Source of the DNA: a virus
Taxonomy: Duplodnaviria > Heunggongvirae > Uroviricota > Caudoviricetes
DNA: 64,000 bases
Virus record (IMG/VR): IMGVR_UViG_3300042296_001032
Direction: 5' to 3' (one strand)
Shown here: one piece after another, positions 8,207 to 16,613 of the stretch
How the letters are laid out: every line of letters begins with the position of its first letter
Position numbering within the stretch: the stretch's first letter is position 1
Program-made: the position numbers and the translations under genes
Notes under the pieces: generated by a model
What the model saw: the letters and a program-made list of their open reading frames with translations, nothing else
What the model was told of the DNA's origin: nothing
Databases searched by the model: none

Positions 8207-9688
8207 TTACCACTCAAATTCAATTAAATTTAGTTTTTTAATTGGCAAAAATTTATGTCTTAAAGAATCAGTAGTACCAAATTTGTTATAAGATTTAATC
8301 CATATCCCACTAATCAACTTATTAAAAATACTAACTTTTTTTTCATAATCTAAAACAGCAAGATTATGTTCACTATTTTTTCTAGACCTGAAAATTAATT
8401 TTACCAATAAATCTCTTTTAAAAACACCGTATTTGTCAACGAATTTTTTTGTGATATATTCTATCATTTTAAGTTGTTCTTTAACATTTTTAGTCACAAA
8501 AATTGAACCATCAGAAAATGTTTCTTGTGCTAGATAGTTATTAAAACTATGTATTTGTTCTAAATCTTCTACAATAAAATCACAGTCAAAATAACTTGGA
8601 CTCATATTTAAAATACTAATAAAATCAAAACCACCAAAAACAGTTTCTTTGTAGATATTACTAAGATTATGTTCGTAAGTTATACTTTTTTGATTCTGAA
8701 TATTTTTACCACCAGTAACTGAACTATAAATTTTATTGTAAAATGTTAAAACTTTATTAAAAGCCTCCTCATTTTTCTTTCTAACAAATAAATTCCAAAA
8801 AGAGATTAGTTTAGTGTTATGGTGTATATAAAAATTATTATAATATTTTTCTAACTCAAAACTATTAACCGTGTAATTAAAAACTTCTTGGTTTGAGTTT
8901 ATCTCCACATTAAAATCAAAATGTTCTAAAACAAACTCTCTATTATTCTTCACTTTTTCCATCCATTCAGGACCAATAGAATGAATTTTTTTAATTGTAA
9001 ATGAGTGTTTAATTAAATTCATTTCACAATCAAAGTTTGACATGTCTACCCCCAATTGTACAGATTTGTTTTTAAGTCTTACTGATGTTTGTAGAGGTTG
9101 TGAAACATTTGTAACTTCAATCATATTAGATTCTAAGAAATCTAAAAAATCTTCAGTATAAACGATATTACCGTTAACCCTATCTAAACCAGCCATACAA
9201 CAATTCAAATCAAAAACTGTTAAGAGAGTTTTATAATATTCAGTTTCATTAAAACCTTGAATTGATTTTTTAATAGTACTAACACTAATAGAAACCTTAT
9301 TAATTATACCAAAACGTTCACTACTAAACATTCGCATTGTCTCACCACTAGGACCAACCCAAGTTCTACCATAACCATCCACACCGGCCACATTATCCAA
9401 AGTGGCATGTATAAATAAATTCGGGTCATTGGTGTTGTATGACCAATCGTAACTTAAAACGTTGTCAAAAAAGAATAAGTCAACGTCGTTAATAATTGGT
9501 TCCTCAAACTTTTCTTTGTTTAAAAGATAGTAGATAGTATTTGCTACTGCACCACCTGCCATGAAGTAATGCATGGGGTAATCATCAACCCCAGCCCCAT
9601 CTGAATGGAGTTTGTGATTGATGATTTCCAAGACCTTGTTATAGGTCTTCCCACTGTTCAAAAACTTTATTAATTCTTTTCTATTCAT
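8207..9688 (-). CDS. Putative pol-beta-superfamily nucleotidyltransferase (AGGAV...DVDLFFFD), possibly tRNA nucleotidyltransferase-like
   Basis: 493 aa. N-terminal GG-x-V then D-x-D motif resembles the head domain of CCA-adding / poly(A) polymerase enzymes. Weak. Confidence 0.4.
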   Translation of the reverse strand: MNRKELIKFLNSGKTYNKVLEIINHKLHSDGAGVDDYPMHYFMAGGAVANTIYYLLNKEKFEEPIINDVDLFFFDNVLSYDWSYNTNDPNLFIHATLDNVAGVDGYGRTWVGPSGETMRMFSSERFGIINKVSISVSTIKKSIQGFNETEYYKTLLTVFDLNCCMAGLDRVNGNIVYTEDFLDFLESNMIEVTNVSQPLQTSVRLKNKSVQLGVDMSNFDCEMNLIKHSFTIKKIHSIGPEWMEKVKNNREFVLEHFDFNVEINSNQEVFNYTVNSFELEKYYNNFYIHHNTKLISFWNLFVRKKNEEAFNKVLTFYNKIYSSVTGGKNIQNQKSITYEHNLSNIYKETVFGGFDFISILNMSPSYFDCDFIVEDLEQIHSFNNYLAQETFSDGSIFVTKNVKEQLKMIEYITKKFVDKYGVFKRDLLVKLIFRSRKNSEHNLAVLDYEKKVSIFNKLISGIWIKSYNKFGTTDSLRHKFLPIKKLNLIEFEW

Positions 9689-9930
9689 TACTTAATGTTG
9701 TAAACTTCACGAAACGATTCACCCAAAAGTTCTTTAGCTTTAACTATAGCCAAGTCTTTTGTTTTAAGACCTTTTTCAACCAATTTTTTGGAGTGGTACA
9801 AACAATACTCTGTTGAACTAACTTCCATTTTCTCACCTCGTCCTTGGGCTTTTTTAAATGAATCTTTTGCGTAGATGTCATAAAAACCCACTTTTGTAAT
9901 GTAACGTCCTTTACCTCCTGATTTTGCCAT
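9688..9930 (-). CDS. Hypothetical small protein
   Basis: 80 aa ORF. ATGA overlap with the downstream gene. Confidence 0.4.
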   Translation of the reverse strand: MAKSGGKGRYITKVGFYDIYAKDSFKKAQGRGEKMEVSSTEYCLYHSKKLVEKGLKTKDLAIVKAKELLGESFREVYNIK

Positions 9931-10078
9931 AATGTTTTTTGTTTTTTAAATGATTAATGATACAAATATAATAACTTATTTCTAATTAAAAAAGCATTCA
10001 TCATTTATTTTTTATTAAAAATTTATGTACAATAATAAACACAATTCTTATATTAAGATAATTATAAATAAATACATT

Positions 10079-11158
10079 ATGAAAAAATTATTATTATCGT
10101 TATTTTTATTATTAAGTACATTGTCATATGGTCAAACTGTTATTCAATATGACTACATGGAAACATGGTCAACAGGTTACGCAACTTCTGGTTGGTTTGG
10201 AGCACCAACAGCAACGTGGGCAACAAATATATCAGTTTCTCCTACTCAGAGTGCTGTAATATATGGAGCTGGAAGTGGAACTTCTGGAGTTGAACAAGCT
10301 TGGTATGTATTACCAAATATTACAGGGTTAAATACATCACATCCATACCAATTAAAATTCCGTTTAGCGTCACAAACATTTACAGGTCCAACGGCATTAA
10401 CACGTGGATTGGATGCTACAGATTTAGTTGAAGTTCAAGTTTCAAGAAATGGAGGCGCATATGTTTCTGAGCTTAGAATTACAGGAAATGCAAATGCAAT
10501 TTGGCCATACACTGCAACAGGTGTAATCAGTCATAATGCAAATGGTTCATATACAAATTCTTTGGCTCCAACAGGTGACATATATCAAGCTCCTGCAGGT
10601 TCAACTACAACGGGACCGTCTACGGTTACTTTGAATCTCCCATCTGGAATTTCTCAAATAGCAATCGATATTTTTTGTAGAGTAAATTCAGCTGGTGAGG
10701 AATGGTGGATTGATAATATTGAATTGATAGAAATATTCCCACTACCAGTAGAAATGATTTCTTTTGAAGGTACAAACCATGAGGAGGGTAACCTACTAGT
10801 ATGGAAAACCGCTTCCGAACATAATTCAGATTATTATTTAATTGAATGTTCTACCACAGGTGAGTTTAATGAAAGTACGGTTATAGGTAATAAAACCGCA
10901 GCTGGTAATAGTAACCAAGTAATGGAGTATAGTTTTTTAGATAACAATTTTAGAGAAACAATAAATTACTATAGAATCACCCAAGTAGATTTTAATGGTG
11001 AATATAAAATATATGGACCAATATCAATCGATAACAGAACAACAAAGAAAGTGGTTATTAAATACGTTAATTTGTTAGGTCAAGTGGTAGATAAAGATTA
11101 CCGAGGGTTCTTTTTTGAGGTGTACTCTGATGGAACAAATAAGAAGATTTATAGATAA
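10079..11158 (+). CDS. Secreted protein with a T9SS-type C-terminal sorting domain
   Basis: Signal peptide MKKLLLSLFLLLSTLSYGQ. C-terminus YYRITQVDFNGEYKIYGPISI...IKYVNLLGQVV...GFFFEVYSDGTNKKIY resembles the Por/T9SS CTD. Confidence 0.6.
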   Translation: MKKLLLSLFLLLSTLSYGQTVIQYDYMETWSTGYATSGWFGAPTATWATNISVSPTQSAVIYGAGSGTSGVEQAWYVLPNITGLNTSHPYQLKFRLASQTFTGPTALTRGLDATDLVEVQVSRNGGAYVSELRITGNANAIWPYTATGVISHNANGSYTNSLAPTGDIYQAPAGSTTTGPSTVTLNLPSGISQIAIDIFCRVNSAGEEWWIDNIELIEIFPLPVEMISFEGTNHEEGNLLVWKTASEHNSDYYLIECSTTGEFNESTVIGNKTAAGNSNQVMEYSFLDNNFRETINYYRITQVDFNGEYKIYGPISIDNRTTKKVVIKYVNLLGQVVDKDYRGFFFEVYSDGTNKKIYR

Positions 11159-11164
11159 AAAAAA

Positions 11165-11189
11165 GGTGGGATATCCCACCTTTTTTTTA
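11165..11189. terminator. Terminator hairpin GGTGGGATATCCCACC followed by T8 (bidirectional)
   Basis: Perfect palindromic stem plus T-run. Confidence 0.55.
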
Positions 11190-12014
11190 TTTGATAACAC
11201 CCATTGTTTTTAATACAGAGGTTAATACTTCATTAACCTCATCGTTAGTTAAGTCTACAGACCTTAAAGTTTCTACTGCACGTTGTACAGATACTTTTGA
11301 TTCTGTCATGAATCTTGTTTTTAACTTCAACTTAAGTTGTTGAACAAAGTCGTCTTTAACTTTTTCTGCGGCAAAGTTAAAATTGTCACCATAGATAAGT
11401 TTAATTTGACCTAGATTTAAACCAGCATCTTCATTGTTATAAAATGTAAAACTATTAACATTAACAGTTAAACCTTTATTGCTATTAATAGGAACTCCAA
11501 ACTTTCTATTAATTCTTTTATCTATGATGTAGTATAAGAAACCTTCCCTCATATAGCTATCGTAATAACCTTTTTGAGTTGTACACCACTTAGTACCCAT
11601 ACCATATAGTTTAGAAGAATCGAAACTAAGTGGAACAAGAATTTTCCAATTATCATCTTCAAAAACAACTCTTACATCATTCTTAACCTCAGACCTAGAA
11701 GGTATATTTAATTCTTGTACCTTTAAAAGAAATTCATTGACAGTTTTAAATTTGTTTATATCTCTAAAATCAGTTGGGATTTTGCCATTTAAGTTTCTTT
11801 CAAACCAAATTAAAGATTCTTTAACAGGGTTTTCCAATGATGCTGGAAAATCAGGGTTAAGTCTATACTTACCATTAGTAAGACTAATATATCTAACTTT
11901 GAATAACCATTCAATATATTTTTGGTTAGTGGTTGGGTCCATTCTACCAATTAACGCAACAGACCTTTCAGATACACCGTATTTAGTTTTTAATTCTTCT
12001 AATTTCCTAGACAT
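11187..12014 (-). CDS. Paralog family A protein (short form; DPTTNQKYIEWL, GMGTKWCTTQKGYYDSY)
   Basis: 275 aa. TACAAATATA (-7 box TAnnTTTG on the coding strand) at 12038-12047. Confidence 0.6.
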   Translation of the reverse strand: MSRKLEELKTKYGVSERSVALIGRMDPTTNQKYIEWLFKVRYISLTNGKYRLNPDFPASLENPVKESLIWFERNLNGKIPTDFRDINKFKTVNEFLLKVQELNIPSRSEVKNDVRVVFEDDNWKILVPLSFDSSKLYGMGTKWCTTQKGYYDSYMREGFLYYIIDKRINRKFGVPINSNKGLTVNVNSFTFYNNEDAGLNLGQIKLIYGDNFNFAAEKVKDDFVQQLKLKLKTRFMTESKVSVQRAVETLRSVDLTNDEVNEVLTSVLKTMGVIK

Positions 12015-12079
12015 GACCTTTTATTTTTAAATTACGGTACAAATATAGGTATAATTTTTTAAATAAACAAAAAAAGTGA

Positions 12080-12556
12080 CTATCTAGTCACTTTCTTATA
12101 CTTTTTACCACTACATACAGGTCCAATACCTGTCTTGATTGACTCAGGTGTTGTCAAGGTTTTATAACAATGCCCACAACGACCATGATGATAAACCTCT
12201 ACTTGTGAAAATTTGTTTTGGTCATTAAAGAATTTTTCCAAGAACCAATCAAATGTTTTAACTTTTTGATTGTCCAAACCTAATACAGATTTTTCACTGT
12301 ACTTAAATTTTTTGTCCTCAAAACAAGTCCCAATAAAAACATAATCATGACCACTAAGTACCTGTACAAACCAAACATCATCCTCCTTATGTTTTTTAAC
12401 CTTGTAAGTAAAGTAGTTACCACTGTCTTTATTTAAGATAGTGAATAGGGCGTTACCAGCGAAAACAAAATCACGTAGTTGTTGTCCACGTAGTTGTGCT
12501 TCAGGTACAAATTGAAATGTTGGTTTTGATGTTGTAGGTATTTTTACGAAGTCCAT
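12080..12556 (-). CDS. Zinc-ribbon protein (HGRCGHC...CSGKK)
   Basis: 158 aa with a C-terminal CxxC...C cluster. Confidence 0.5.
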   Translation of the reverse strand: MDFVKIPTTSKPTFQFVPEAQLRGQQLRDFVFAGNALFTILNKDSGNYFTYKVKKHKEDDVWFVQVLSGHDYVFIGTCFEDKKFKYSEKSVLGLDNQKVKTFDWFLEKFFNDQNKFSQVEVYHHGRCGHCYKTLTTPESIKTGIGPVCSGKKYKKVTR

Positions 12557-12577
12557 ATCTTTTGTTTTTATTGTTCT

Positions 12578-12606
12578 TACAAATATAATAAATTTTTGTA
12601 TATTTG
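12578..12606. promoter_or_regulatory. Divergent Bacteroidetes-type promoters: TACAAATATA (minus) and TATATTTG (plus) -7 boxes
   Basis: TAnnTTTG consensus on each coding strand, 22-30 nt upstream of the divergent ATGs at 12556 and 12636. Confidence 0.35.
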
Positions 12607-12635
12607 TAGTATAAAATCAATAAAAATTATTTAGG

Positions 12636-12950
12636 ATGAAAAATATAAGACAAATATTCAAAGGTAATGAACATCTAACGGGTTTTGGGCCTGTTGAAGA
12701 ACTAATTGAGTATTGTCAAGAACTTGAAGGACAAGTATTGGAAAGAAAAGTTGAAGACGTATATGATAAAGAATTAATTTATCTAGAAATGATTCGTGAT
12801 ATCTATAATAGTTGTAATGATATAAGGGAACAAGAAACGTTAAACGAGAGATACCCTAATGAATTTCCTGAAGTTAACTACAAAGAAATAGTCGGTAATT
12901 TAAAAACTTACATTCAAAAAATGATTCGTGAAAATAAATTACCTATATAA
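12636..12950 (+). CDS. Hypothetical protein
   Basis: 104 aa ORF with its own -7 box. Confidence 0.45.
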   Translation: MKNIRQIFKGNEHLTGFGPVEELIEYCQELEGQVLERKVEDVYDKELIYLEMIRDIYNSCNDIREQETLNERYPNEFPEVNYKEIVGNLKTYIQKMIRENKLPI

Positions 12951-13361
12951 TCTATTTGGTAAAAAACTGCCAACAAATTCCTCAAACCAAAAAGAACCTA
13001 CTTCTTTACTCATTTCAATAAGTTCATCATCACTTACTGTTGGTCCAACAAAATATCTACCCTTTTTAATAAAAAGACCTTTACCTTGTGGGTGTCTTTT
13101 TATTTCTATATAAGAAAGATATTCATCAAAGATAAGATTTTCAGGCATGTAATTCATGTCCTCTAAATAATATGCCACAGTCTTAAACTTTTCACTAAAT
13201 GTTTGTACAGCCGGATTAAATAATATTTTTTTAACTTCTGATAATGATTCTATCTTTCTTTTATTTTGTGACATTAAATCCAAATGGAAAGCATGTTGTT
13301 TAATCCAATCCATTGAATCGTCAAGTTCTTCTTTGATTATTTTTCTTAAAAATTTATCCAT
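12939..13361 (-). CDS. Leader-family-like protein (MDKFLRKIIKEELDDSMDWIK)
   Basis: Start moved to the internal Met. Leader-like KIIKEELDD plus the DWIK module. Confidence 0.45.
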   Translation of the reverse strand: MDKFLRKIIKEELDDSMDWIKQHAFHLDLMSQNKRKIESLSEVKKILFNPAVQTFSEKFKTVAYYLEDMNYMPENLIFDEYLSYIEIKRHPQGKGLFIKKGRYFVGPTVSDDELIEMSKEVGSFWFEEFVGSFLPNRLYR

Positions 13362-13365
13362 AATA

Positions 13366-13902
13366 CTATACAAAAATTGTTACTTTCTTTTGGAATATCT
13401 CCCTCAAAAATTCGTCATTACCTTCCCAACCATCGTAAGATGTACCATAAATAGTTGCACCAAAATATCTACCATCACTTTTTCTTTGCCAAATAAGTCT
13501 ATCTGTAAAAGATTGGGCATCTAAATCCCAATCTACATTTTCTTGTGACATATGTTCCCATTTAGAACAATCCTTTAAAAGTGGTTCCATTATACTCCAA
13601 TCAGTAAGGTTAGGTGTATTATCCCATTCACCATTTTCTTTCCAATCACCACTTTCCCATTGGTCAAACCCATAGTCATCCCATTCTTCAGGTGTAAATC
13701 TTAATTTATACTCTTCCGTTGGTGAATAATACCCTTCTCTGTATAATTCGTTGAATAAATTAGTATTTTCTAACATGTAATCAAACACTAAATCTTCGAT
13801 AGGTAATTTAACTCTATTACTCCAAGAAGGTACTTCATCAGAAATATCTTTAATCCAATCTAAATCAGATTCCTTTAATATTTTTTTAATTATATTTTTC
13901 AT
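13366..13902 (-). CDS. Leader-family protein (MKNIIKKILKESDLDWIKDISDEVPSW)
   Basis: 178 aa. Conserved leader and module. Confidence 0.6.
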   Translation of the reverse strand: MKNIIKKILKESDLDWIKDISDEVPSWSNRVKLPIEDLVFDYMLENTNLFNELYREGYYSPTEEYKLRFTPEEWDDYGFDQWESGDWKENGEWDNTPNLTDWSIMEPLLKDCSKWEHMSQENVDWDLDAQSFTDRLIWQRKSDGRYFGATIYGTSYDGWEGNDEFLREIFQKKVTIFV

Positions 13903-13928
13903 TTTTATTATAAATATATAATAGGCAT

Positions 13929-13967
13929 AAAAAAACCCCCATGATTACGTACTATCATCAAGGGGGT
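13929..13967 (-). terminator. Intrinsic terminator (CCCCC...GGGGG stem followed by T7 on the minus strand)
   Basis: Hairpin ccccc-atgattacgtactatcatcaa-ggggg preceded by A7 on the plus strand. Confidence 0.5.
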
Positions 13968-14089
13968 CGTAGCTACTTTGTGGTGAAAAGTGGATGTAAC
14001 TAATTCTACTACTATCTTCAACCCATTTTAGTTACCCTGGGGAGACCGTTTAATCACTCAACAGTACAAATATAATATCTTTTTTTTAA

Positions 14090-15265
14090 TTAATCAAGAT
14101 TATTTTTTATTTTGTATTCTTCTAAATAATCTCCAATAAATAATTCTGCTTCTTTATAATAATGGTTACTCATTTCAAACCCTACTACTTCATCTAATAT
14201 TTCATTAAATTCTTCTTCATATTCATCAACTATTTCTTCAGTTAAAACATCTGAGATTTCTAAAGGTCTGCCAAACACTCTCTCTATTTCTTCCCCAATG
14301 GGTAGGTCTGGGTTAATATTATACTTCTGTCCTAATATTAATTTAACCGTATAGGTTAATTCTCGTAATAACATATCTCTATCAATATAATAATCATTAA
14401 ATGGTGAATTATTCAAATCTTGTAATAACATATCATATAACTCTTCCTTATCCATACCGAGGTGTAATAACTCTTCCAGATCAAAACCAGGTGAGTCAAA
14501 TAATCCATCCATAACTTCATTATTTATTATAAAATATGAGTGACTTTCAATAAAACTCTTAAAATTTATTAAATCCTCAAATGTTGTAATAAAATCATGT
14601 CCATTATTAGTTAACCAATCATTAATATAGTTATAATTAATACGACCAATTTGTTCTGGTGATGCCGTCATTTTTCTTGAGTTGTGGTACTCCATTAATT
14701 TTTCAATAATTTGTTCGTATTTTGGATGTAGATGAATTATAATTTGAGGATTTGTTTTACAATTATTAACTGCATTACACCAATCGGTTCCACCCCCTGC
14801 TTTAATATGGTAAGAAAATTTATGATTTGGGTCGTCCTGTGGTTTGTTTTTAAAAATCCAAAAGAATTCAGTTCCAGTAGTATTATGTCTATCCCAGTAT
14901 GAACTAGTATCTTTAGCAGTTGTACACCATTTAGAACCCGCACCATATTTACAAGACGCTTCCCACGTATTAGCTGCCACTACCAACAAGTCTTTATCTT
15001 CATAAAACTTAGTAACATCATCAGGGGCTTTAGCCTTTTTAATTTGATTTAAATCTTTTAATAATTCTTCATAAGAATTGTAATTAGCAAAATCTTTTTT
15101 TGGTAGACTTCTTCTATTATCAATTACATCATCCATTATTTTCATGGCAGCCTCAGGGTTACCACTTTTCTTATTAGCCCAAGATTTATAAAGATTTTGT
15201 ATATGTTCAATACCCTCAAAAAGTGAACGTTTAATTTCTTCTAAAATAATTTTTTTAATATTCAT
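14090..15265 (-). CDS. Paralog family A protein (MNIKKIILEE...; ASCKYGAGSKWCTTAKD)
   Basis: Start at the internal Met. Shares the family motifs. Confidence 0.6.
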   Translation of the reverse strand: MNIKKIILEEIKRSLFEGIEHIQNLYKSWANKKSGNPEAAMKIMDDVIDNRRSLPKKDFANYNSYEELLKDLNQIKKAKAPDDVTKFYEDKDLLVVAANTWEASCKYGAGSKWCTTAKDTSSYWDRHNTTGTEFFWIFKNKPQDDPNHKFSYHIKAGGGTDWCNAVNNCKTNPQIIIHLHPKYEQIIEKLMEYHNSRKMTASPEQIGRINYNYINDWLTNNGHDFITTFEDLINFKSFIESHSYFIINNEVMDGLFDSPGFDLEELLHLGMDKEELYDMLLQDLNNSPFNDYYIDRDMLLRELTYTVKLILGQKYNINPDLPIGEEIERVFGRPLEISDVLTEEIVDEYEEEFNEILDEVVGFEMSNHYYKEAELFIGDYLEEYKIKNNLD

Positions 15266-15283
15266 ATTAATAAATATACTGTA

Positions 15284-15313
15284 CAAAAAAAAAGACCCAC
15301 ATTTCTGTGAGTC
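15284..15313 (-). terminator. Intrinsic terminator (GACTCACAGAAATGTGGGTC followed by T9, minus strand)
   Basis: Stem plus long T-run, downstream of the tmRNA region. Confidence 0.5.
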
Positions 15314-15525
15314 TTAATAGGGCCGAATGGATATAATATCTTTCGGATTCCACCACCTTGTTTTTCTAAACAAGGAAACAGTTAGAGTGTAGTGAGTCTG
15401 CAGAACTCTGTGGCACCTACACAAGTTATCCCACTTTTATTTAAATATAATTATTTAATTATCATTTTTCAAGTGTAATAAATTTATTTAAAATAAAAAA
15501 CCCCCATTTTACTGAGGATTAATTT

Positions 15526-15908
15526 TGGTGGAGGTGGAGGGTTTCGAACCCTCGTCCTGCGTTACATTACTAACGTCTTCTACATGCTTATTCCATTTTA
15601 ATCTAAATGGACAAAATATTTGATTTATTATTTACCATTGTAAATCAACAAACAATGGGTATCATTCGATTTTGGGTTCAATGATAATCCACCACAACTA
15701 CGACTTCTGTTGCTAGGTTATATGTCTGCCGACCCCGTAGTAACACCTAATATGATTAGGCAGCTACTGTTGCACCTTCAGTCACAAAGTGACCTACAGT
15801 TGCGTTTGCGAATACGTCGCCGTTTGAAGTTTCAATACGTGTATTAACGTGATAGTATTATTTCACGACATGCTTACCCATTACCAATCGTTAACCAGTC
15901 AAATCCAA
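15526..15908 (-). ncRNA. ssrA: tmRNA (ssrA-like)
   Basis: Minus-strand 5' end GGGGGTGTTTTTGGATTTGACTGG matches the canonical GGGGCUGAUUCUGGAUUCGACGGG. 3' end ...TAAGCATGTAGAAGACG...GGACGAGGGTTCGAAACCCTCCACCTCCACCA matches canonical UAAGCAUGUAG...GGUUCGA..CCACCA. Internal candidate tag frame ends ...EGATVAA then TAA. Confidence 0.7.
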
Positions 15909-15969
15909 AAACACCCCCAATAATTCAAAGAACTCTTACAAATATAAGAATAAATATTAAATAATCAAA

Positions 15970-16164
15970 TTAAAGACTACCTAAAGACATTGCTTTTCTT
16001 TGTAATAAATCCATTTCTTTTTTTAAAGATTCCATTTGTTTTTCATCTTCTCTAGTTAAATCAAATTTATTTTTTATAGCCGATACTTGTCTAGCCATTT
16101 CATCATGTTCTCTAAGTATTTGGTCGTAAATTTTTGCCTTTTGTTCATTATTCATAATATACAA
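15970..16164 (-). CDS. Small coiled-coil protein
   Basis: 64 aa ORF. Confidence 0.4.
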   Translation of the reverse strand: MYIMNNEQKAKIYDQILREHDEMARQVSAIKNKFDLTREDEKQMESLKKEMDLLQRKAMSLGSL

Positions 16165-16201
16165 TTTTTATATAATTATATGTATACATTAAAATAAGTA
16201 A

Positions 16202-16612
16202 ATGGCTATACCTAAAAGTAAAAAGGACCTTGAGTTAATTCAGGAATGTAGAGTCTTGGTTAGAAAAAACCCACACCTCAAAAAACGTAAATTAAATGCT
16301 ATAAAAGATTTAGAAAAAAGACTTTATTATATAAAAGTATGGGTTATAACTGAATCACAACCACTTTTTAAATTAATAAACTATGACAAACGGTGTTTTA
16401 GGGGACCTTCCTGTTATCATTTGGACCACACGGTACCAATAATTTACGGTTACAATAATAACATCCCACCCGAAAAAATAGGGGGTATTTCTAACCTAAG
16501 ATTTATACCTTCAGAGGATAACATAAGGAAAGGATATAAAATAACTGAAGAATCACATAAAGTTTTAAGGAAATTTAAGCGGAAAGGTGATATTTATAAA
16601 AAAAAGAAATAA
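16202..16612 (+). CDS. HNH endonuclease (HLDHTVPI...N...N motif)
   Basis: 136 aa. His-Asn-Asn spacing typical of HNH nucleases. Confidence 0.5.
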   Translation: MAIPKSKKDLELIQECRVLVRKNPHLKKRKLNAIKDLEKRLYYIKVWVITESQPLFKLINYDKRCFRGPSCYHLDHTVPIIYGYNNNIPPEKIGGISNLRFIPSEDNIRKGYKITEESHKVLRKFKRKGDIYKKKK

Positions 16613-16613
16613 A

